The position numbers and the translations under genes were made by a program. This document shows, piece by piece, positions 33,091 to 39,406 of a stretch of DNA of 39,406 nt. Source of the stretch: Macrostomum lignano. Its lineage: Eukaryota. The stretch is from positions 1 to 39,406 of the forward strand of contig NIVC01004650.1 in NCBI GenBank assembly GCA_002269645.1, given 5' to 3'. The first letter of the stretch is position 1; each line of letters opens with the position of its first letter. Under the pieces are notes generated by a model. The model worked only from the letters and a program-made list of their open reading frames with translations. It searched no databases and was not told the DNA's origin.

Positions 33091-33630
33091 AAGATGGCTA
33101 TTTCTCTGCCTTTGCATATCTTGAAAGCCGATTGACTTACTTAAACAATTCTTTCTGCATCATACATGTATCAGTGTGGTTTAGTAGCCTGTAGAAATTT
33201 AGCCGCTAATCTGCTGATCCAGCTTGGCAAATTTGGGTTGGATTTGTTGTCTTTCTCCTATCTAAATACACTACAAGATGGCTATTTCTCTGCATTTGCA
33301 TATCTTGGAAGCCGATTGACTTACTTAAACAATTCTTTCTACATCATACATGTACTAGTGTGGTCTAGTAGCCTGTAGAAATTTAGCCACAAATCTGCTG
33401 ATCTGGCTTGGCAAATTTGGGTTGAATTCATTGACTTTCTCCTATCTAAATACACTATAAGATGGCTCTATTTCTCCACCTTTGCTTATCTTGGAAGCCA
33501 ATTGACTTACCTAAACAATTATTTCTGCATCATACATGTATCAGTGTGGTCTAGTAGCCTGTAGAAATTTAGCCTCTAATCTGCTGATCTGGCTTGGCAA
33601 ATTTGGGTTGAATTTGTTGACTTGTTCCTA
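33091..33630. repeat. 184-bp tandem repeat, about 3 copies
   Basis: aagatggct at 33091, 33275 and 33459. Confidence 0.95.
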
Positions 33631-35479
33631 ACTAGACTCACAGCTGCTTACTCCTCTACTTTTCTTTTTGTATAAGTATTAGTGCAATAAATTAATAGTA
33701 GTTTCAATAAACTACTTAATTCATGCTGCAGAGCTAGCCATCAGGTGTTTAGAAGGCTTTATGTAAACACAGTTTTTTGGATGAAAAGGTCAAACATATT
33801 TTTCCCCCATTTTAGTGAGATATTTTTTTCTGTTTCAAATAGCTGGTTGAAAGGCAAACCATGCTCTATAAAATGTTATGTTTTTGACAGATTTTAGTTT
33901 ACTCTTTTAATTGTATATTCTATTTTTTAATTATGCTTTCCAACAAGTAGATAAAGCAAATACATTTTTGGCAAAAATGACAATAGTATAGTAAAATGAC
34001 AGTATTTTATGCTACTCTTGATTTTCAAATAGAAGTAGGCCTACTTGTACATCATCACTCATATTGAACTTGAAGTCAATAGAAATTATAAATGATAATG
34101 CCTATAACCTCAACTCTTGCAGATTTATGAGCCTACTCGTACCTATATAACTAACTCTACTGGCAGAATTGAGAGGTCTAGAAACTTCTGGAGAAACACA
34201 TGACCAGAAATGTGTGCCATTATGCTTCTTTACAATTACATTGAAAACTCGCAGATGCGCACTTTAGAAAAGGAGTCAAATTATTTTACCGCATTTTAGG
34301 ATTATTAGAAATCATTTTTTACAATGTTTTCCTATAGGGCATGTGCCTGCATGTGAAAAGATATTATTAAGGCTAACAAACATCAAACAGCATTGCAAAT
34401 TCTCTAAAAAGAAGCTCAAATCATAGATAGGTAGTACAAGTATTGTAATATACCAGTTTACCACCATTTTTGTTCCTATTCTTCTCTTATTTCTATAATA
34501 AAAACTTGAACTTGCACTTCAGCTTATTTTCTTATATCAATAGTCTATGTTCTAGATCATCAGAAATGTTTGTCAAGTACAAAGACTTCCTTGATCAAGT
34601 AACAAATAAGTTAAATAATCTGGAATATTATATTGGCTGGAATGGGGTGAAATAGGGTATAAATAAGGTTGCTGACATGGTGGCTCTTTAATGTTTGACA
34701 TGGTGGCTCTTCTATGTTTGACATGGTGGCTCTTTAATATTCTGAGGCTGATAATAGCCTGAGGATGATAGAGTCATCTAAAGCAGATAGACAAGTTGTG
34801 TGTATGCCTACACACATATCCATGTATGTTTGTGAAGAGTAAGCTAAGGAGTAAATGGAATAGGCAGAATTGCCTTTTCACTGTTTGTGGAATGATCTTT
34901 TCAAAGGCCTTGTGCCATGGTGCCTATAATCCTCCTGCAAATATTTAAAAAAATTACTAGATCACCATTTGCTCCAATTCAAGACCTGACAGACCTCGAA
35001 CACAAGCTTTTTTAGTGGCATTTTTATATGCTTGTTTTTCCTTGGCACTCAGATGCTTAAATGCTTCACTTAAGAAGGCTATTCTTTGCTTTGAAAAATT
35101 ATTTGAAAGATAAATATACAAGCATATTCCATACCAAAAGCATTCACAATGCTAAAGCAAATCTTACTAGCTGATCTTACTAGTGACACTTATTGGCTCC
35201 CTTGGCCTTGATAAACATAGACTAGGCATTGACTTTTCTTTTGTGGTGACTGCAAATGCCTTTTATTTTGTTAACTATATTCAATATTAATTGATGTCCC
35301 TAAAAATATTCATTAAGCTATAACCAATTATAAATAAATTTCTTAATGCATAAAATGGGCTCATATGACAATATATATCATTCTTCACAATTTTGACAAT
35401 GATTATTTTTTAACTTGTTGATAGATATAGATATGGTAATATCACACTTAATTAAACAAATGTAGCATGACAAGTAGAA

Positions 35480-35765
35480 GGGGGAGGTTGAAAAGGAGGG
35501 AGGCTAATAGATTAGAAAGTGGGTAGATAGGAAAACAGGTGGATGGGAAAGTGGGTAGATGGGAAAGTAGGTGGATGGGAAGATAGGTAGAGGGGAAAGT
35601 GGGTGGATAGGAAAGCAGGTATAAGGCAAGGTGGGTGAATGGGAAGCAGGGTGTAAGGCAGCAGGACTGGATTAGCAAAGGGTGAGGCATTAAGGCTAGA
35701 TTAGCAAGGATAGGACAACAAGACTAGATTAGCAAGGGTGGTTAATAGGGCTAGCAAGGTAGAGT
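35480..35765. repeat. Purine-rich degenerate repeat (GGGAAAGTGGGTAGAT, then GATTAGCAAGG)
   Basis: Visible reiteration; explains the HLPTFPST ORF 35448..35690. Confidence 0.8.
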
Positions 35766-36047
35766 ATTAGGACCAAATTAGCTTGTTGGAATTAGATAAA
35801 TTATAGAATGAATAGATAGATAGAAATATTCATTGTAAAATTATTATACTCGGCTATCAATAGGCCTAGCTATAACAGACATATAACTAGGCCTATATAC
35901 AGCTCAAATAATTATAGCTATATTTATTTTTTATGGCTGTAGGCTAGTTTAAGATATTTATAAAATCAAATATAGCTAGGCCTAAAGCTAAAGTATGAAT
36001 AAAATAGCTAGTATAACATGGGTCTAGATTGTAGCTAGGCTTATGGA

Positions 36048-36048
36048 A

Positions 36049-36080
<32 letters not shown>
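36048..36080. repeat. (AT)n microsatellite
   Basis: Direct observation. Confidence 0.95.
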
Positions 36081-36081
<1 letters not shown>

Positions 36082-39000
36082 GGTTACTACTGCTGGATAT
36101 GAAATAAATAAATATAAGAGGATATAAGGTTGATGTTTGTTTAATTTTCAAGTTTTAAAAAGGCCTGAAACTTAACTAATCTTTGGTCTTGAGTGAATAT
36201 TTGAGCATTTACTTTTTGATAAAAAGGACTAAATACAATAAATGATGATTTTGTTTATATGATCTATTTGTTTTGGCTTGCCTACTTTTACAAATTTTGT
36301 GAATCAGAAGAATCAAACATTTTGTTATTTATTAGCTTTCATCTTGATATTGTTGGCAATTTGCCAAAATACAAAGCAAAACATAGGCATCTTACTTGTT
36401 AATTTATTTTATGTTTAAGCCAAGCATAAAACCAAAAAAGATGACATTTTTATTTAAGTTTATTAAATTAAGTTTATATTTAGTTAGTTTTCTATTGCAG
36501 TTTAAAACATTTTTTCAATGAAACTTAAATGGTCTAGGCCTAATAGCAACAGGCATAAATGGCTAAAATAGGAGTGTTATAATCTATAATATTAACTAAA
36601 ATTTCTACAACAAAAAGACCACCTATTAGATTGTAAAAAATTTTATTAGCACATATAATGATATATTAGAAATCAATATAGAAAATAAAAATGAATAGTT
36701 TCTTCATTGAAAAACAATATTTTTATAAGTAGGCCTAATATGTATAATAATGATATCATAAGCATAATTACAATAATAAATATATTTTGATATAGCTAAT
36801 AGTAAAAGTAATTACTTGAAAAAGAAAAGAGAGCAAGCAAAAAGAGAATAAAATTAGCAAGTTACATCTATGGCATATAGCAAAAACATTAAGGCAACAT
36901 AGAAAAATAGGAGATCCAATATTGATCCCATATATGGCATTTCAATAAATGAATGCAGAAATAGAAAAAACCAAAAAGAGCAATTGGATCCATGGCACAA
37001 AAAAGAAAGAGAGGACCACTAAAAGGACCAGAAGTAAGGCCAATAAAAGAACAAGTATTAAATCATATAGAACTTTTTAATAGCCTGCAGTGTCCTATCC
37101 TGGGGCACAAATTAATTATACAAAAGTTCACAAAGAAAGAGTAATAGTCTCATTCCTACATATACTAAAGTGCCAAGGTGCCATACATATATGCAGAATA
37201 AGGCCATCTTTAGCTATTTACTGATAATATATATAGTTATTTGGCACATAGCCTCCACAAGTAACTGGGTATACTTTGCATTTGCCTCTATTAGCCAGGG
37301 TGTTTCATGTTGCACAGTGTGGCTTGGGGCTTTCTAGGGCCATGGTGGAGCTTGGAGAGTTGCTATGTTTCCCATTGCAAATTGTTAGGCATTGCAAGGA
37401 AGTCTTGAAGGGGGCAAGAAAAAAGACAATGATAGGCAGAGTAAACAAAAAAGGGAGCAAGATAAGCAAGACAATCAACAGAATGAATAAATGTAAATAA
37501 ATATGGGGCACAAAAGGGGAATAGGAAAATAAAAAGATAAGCAGGCAATGGCAATAGACAAATAGCAAGGATATAGCTTTACAATCAAAGTCTATAGCAT
37601 AATTAAATTTCACCTTTTATATTCCTTCAGCACTCCATCCAATGGACAAAGAGGTCTAATTGCTAGAAATATCCTTTATCGTTGAGTCTAATTAAGGTCA
37701 TGCCTAAAGATTAATGTGGGTGATTGAAATCAAGGAGTAGTAAAAATATACCCAAGTGATATAAAGGTACAAAGCCATTAAAAGCTGCTTGCTATCTCCT
37801 TTAGCAATATCAAAAAGTCTTCTAAAATAAACATATTTACAATATTATACAACATATTCTTATATTAGCAAATTTCTTATACAACAAAAAATAACAATCA
37901 TGCTTGTTGAATAATTGTAGCAGAAGGAAAGAACAATTTGTATAATTGCTATCTATAAGGCTGGATTCTAAAATATATCTTTGCTCCTTTGAGGTTTCCA
38001 AAGAAAAACCAATGCTATATACTAAATAGAACATAAAAACTAACATATGGAGACAAATTTGCATTTGTCAACCTAAATATAGTTTCATTTTGAACCTAAA
38101 AATAGAAAGTACAAATCAATATTTAAATATAGTCCTAATGTGCCAGTTACAAATGGCCTATAATGGCCAGCTCCCTTGCAACTATTGCATAGCTACAATT
38201 TAGCCACTGTATTGCCATAGAAAAAATAGAGATACTAATTTAACTAAGTTCTTCTTAGTTTCTATCTGATGATAGTATATATGTTATGCATGTCTTTTGG
38301 TCTTTTTCAATTTTTTAATAGTCTATTTGAGACTTAGACTCAGCCTTAGATGAACCTAGTAACTGCATTGCTATCTTGCCAATTCTTATTGGTCTATGAT
38401 ACCAGTTTGCTTATCTGTATACATGCCATGGGTACAAAATAGTTTAAACACAATTCTTTGAAGCTAGCTTCCATTTGTTATGTCATGCCTTTGCAGATGC
38501 TTTTGTATAGTATTTAAATGTCAATGTTTAATAAGGCAGATATATTTGACCTTTAGAGGTAGTTAAACTTACACCTAGTTTTCTCTAAATTTCAACATGC
38601 ATTTGTGTCAAGGAATGGGCATCAAAATTAAAGCAGGCAGTTTCCACCTTGAGTGGTCTGGCTTGTGGTTCCTTGAATATACCAGAGGCTGCATTAGTAG
38701 CTTTATTAAAGGCAGATAAAAAATTGCTACTAGGCTAGAACTTGCAATGACCATGATTGTTGATAAAAATAACCAGTTTTCTGCTGGACTATGACTTGCA
38801 AAATACCTTACCAATTTGTTGCTAAGAACAATGTATTCTAGGCTTAGACTAAAGGGGCTACAAGATGCAACAAGGCTAGGTGTGTCCTTGGTATATAGAT
38901 ATAGACATTAGATGCTAACTCAGTCTATAGATATGTGTAAAGAGGGTTGACAAGTTAATGCACTTCAAATTCCAACTTCGTTGCAAGCAGTTGCGAAATG

Positions 39001-39406
39001 ATAGTTTGATAAATTTATTTAACAAAATATGCTTTAACTAAATGGTTGTTATAGTGCTACTGTTATAACTAAACTAATTATATAATCTGAAATATAATGA
39101 TAGAATTTCTTGCAATGCATATAAAAAACATGGTGTTAAAAAAAATCAGTAACACGCATATGTATTCATATTATATACTATCTTTTACCATTGTGAACAT
39201 GATATGCCAACTGTAAAAGTAAGTCAACAAAGCACTTTTTAAAACTCCTATACCTTACATAAGCCATTGTTTCTTGGCCATTGTCAGTCTCATTCAGCAG
39301 TACTTAAGATTTAGATAAAAATTTGAAATTTATGTTTATTTGCATTATTTATTTACCTGAACCACAGGGTATTAAAAGTCAAAGTCACTTAGACAATAGT
39401 CAAATA

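Noticed and set aside
37250-38814. Short peptides faintly resembling the INTS9 N-terminus (LDGVLKEY, LMALYLYIT, QGGNCLL) or a Kunitz motif
   Set aside because: Out of order, interrupted by stops and phase-incompatible; consistent with chance.

Overview
AT-rich animal (probably invertebrate) nuclear DNA with GT-AG introns; nothing prokaryotic. Two host genes are solid. The first is a complete five-exon TRAF7 orthologue on the minus strand (8489->3859, 611 aa by my exon join); each of its four introns is filled by a different 23-30 bp minisatellite. The second is an intronless, divergent Polo-like kinase (15306-16991, +). Two tentative exons of a very divergent INTS9-like beta-CASP gene lie at 27.7-28.3 kb (-). 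The rest is transposon debris: two tRNA-derived SINE copies, an internally deleted IS630-Tc1-mariner element, a hAT MITE, a Merlin element and a Merlin-type MITE, two piggyBac fragments, a 5'-truncated Penelope with an inverted pseudo-LTR and minimal hammerhead, and a decayed pogo/Fot-like transposase that has an intron and runs in frame into an OTU deubiquitinase domain. Best leads: (1) the pogo-OTU fusion; (2) an identical 6-bp GGCCTA indel after TA in three independent repeat pairs; (3) a reciprocal His/Asp swap in the second zinc site of the TRAF7 RING; (4) a Plk lacking the activation-loop Thr and the polo-box phospho-pincer. All homology calls come from recalled family motifs, not from database searches.
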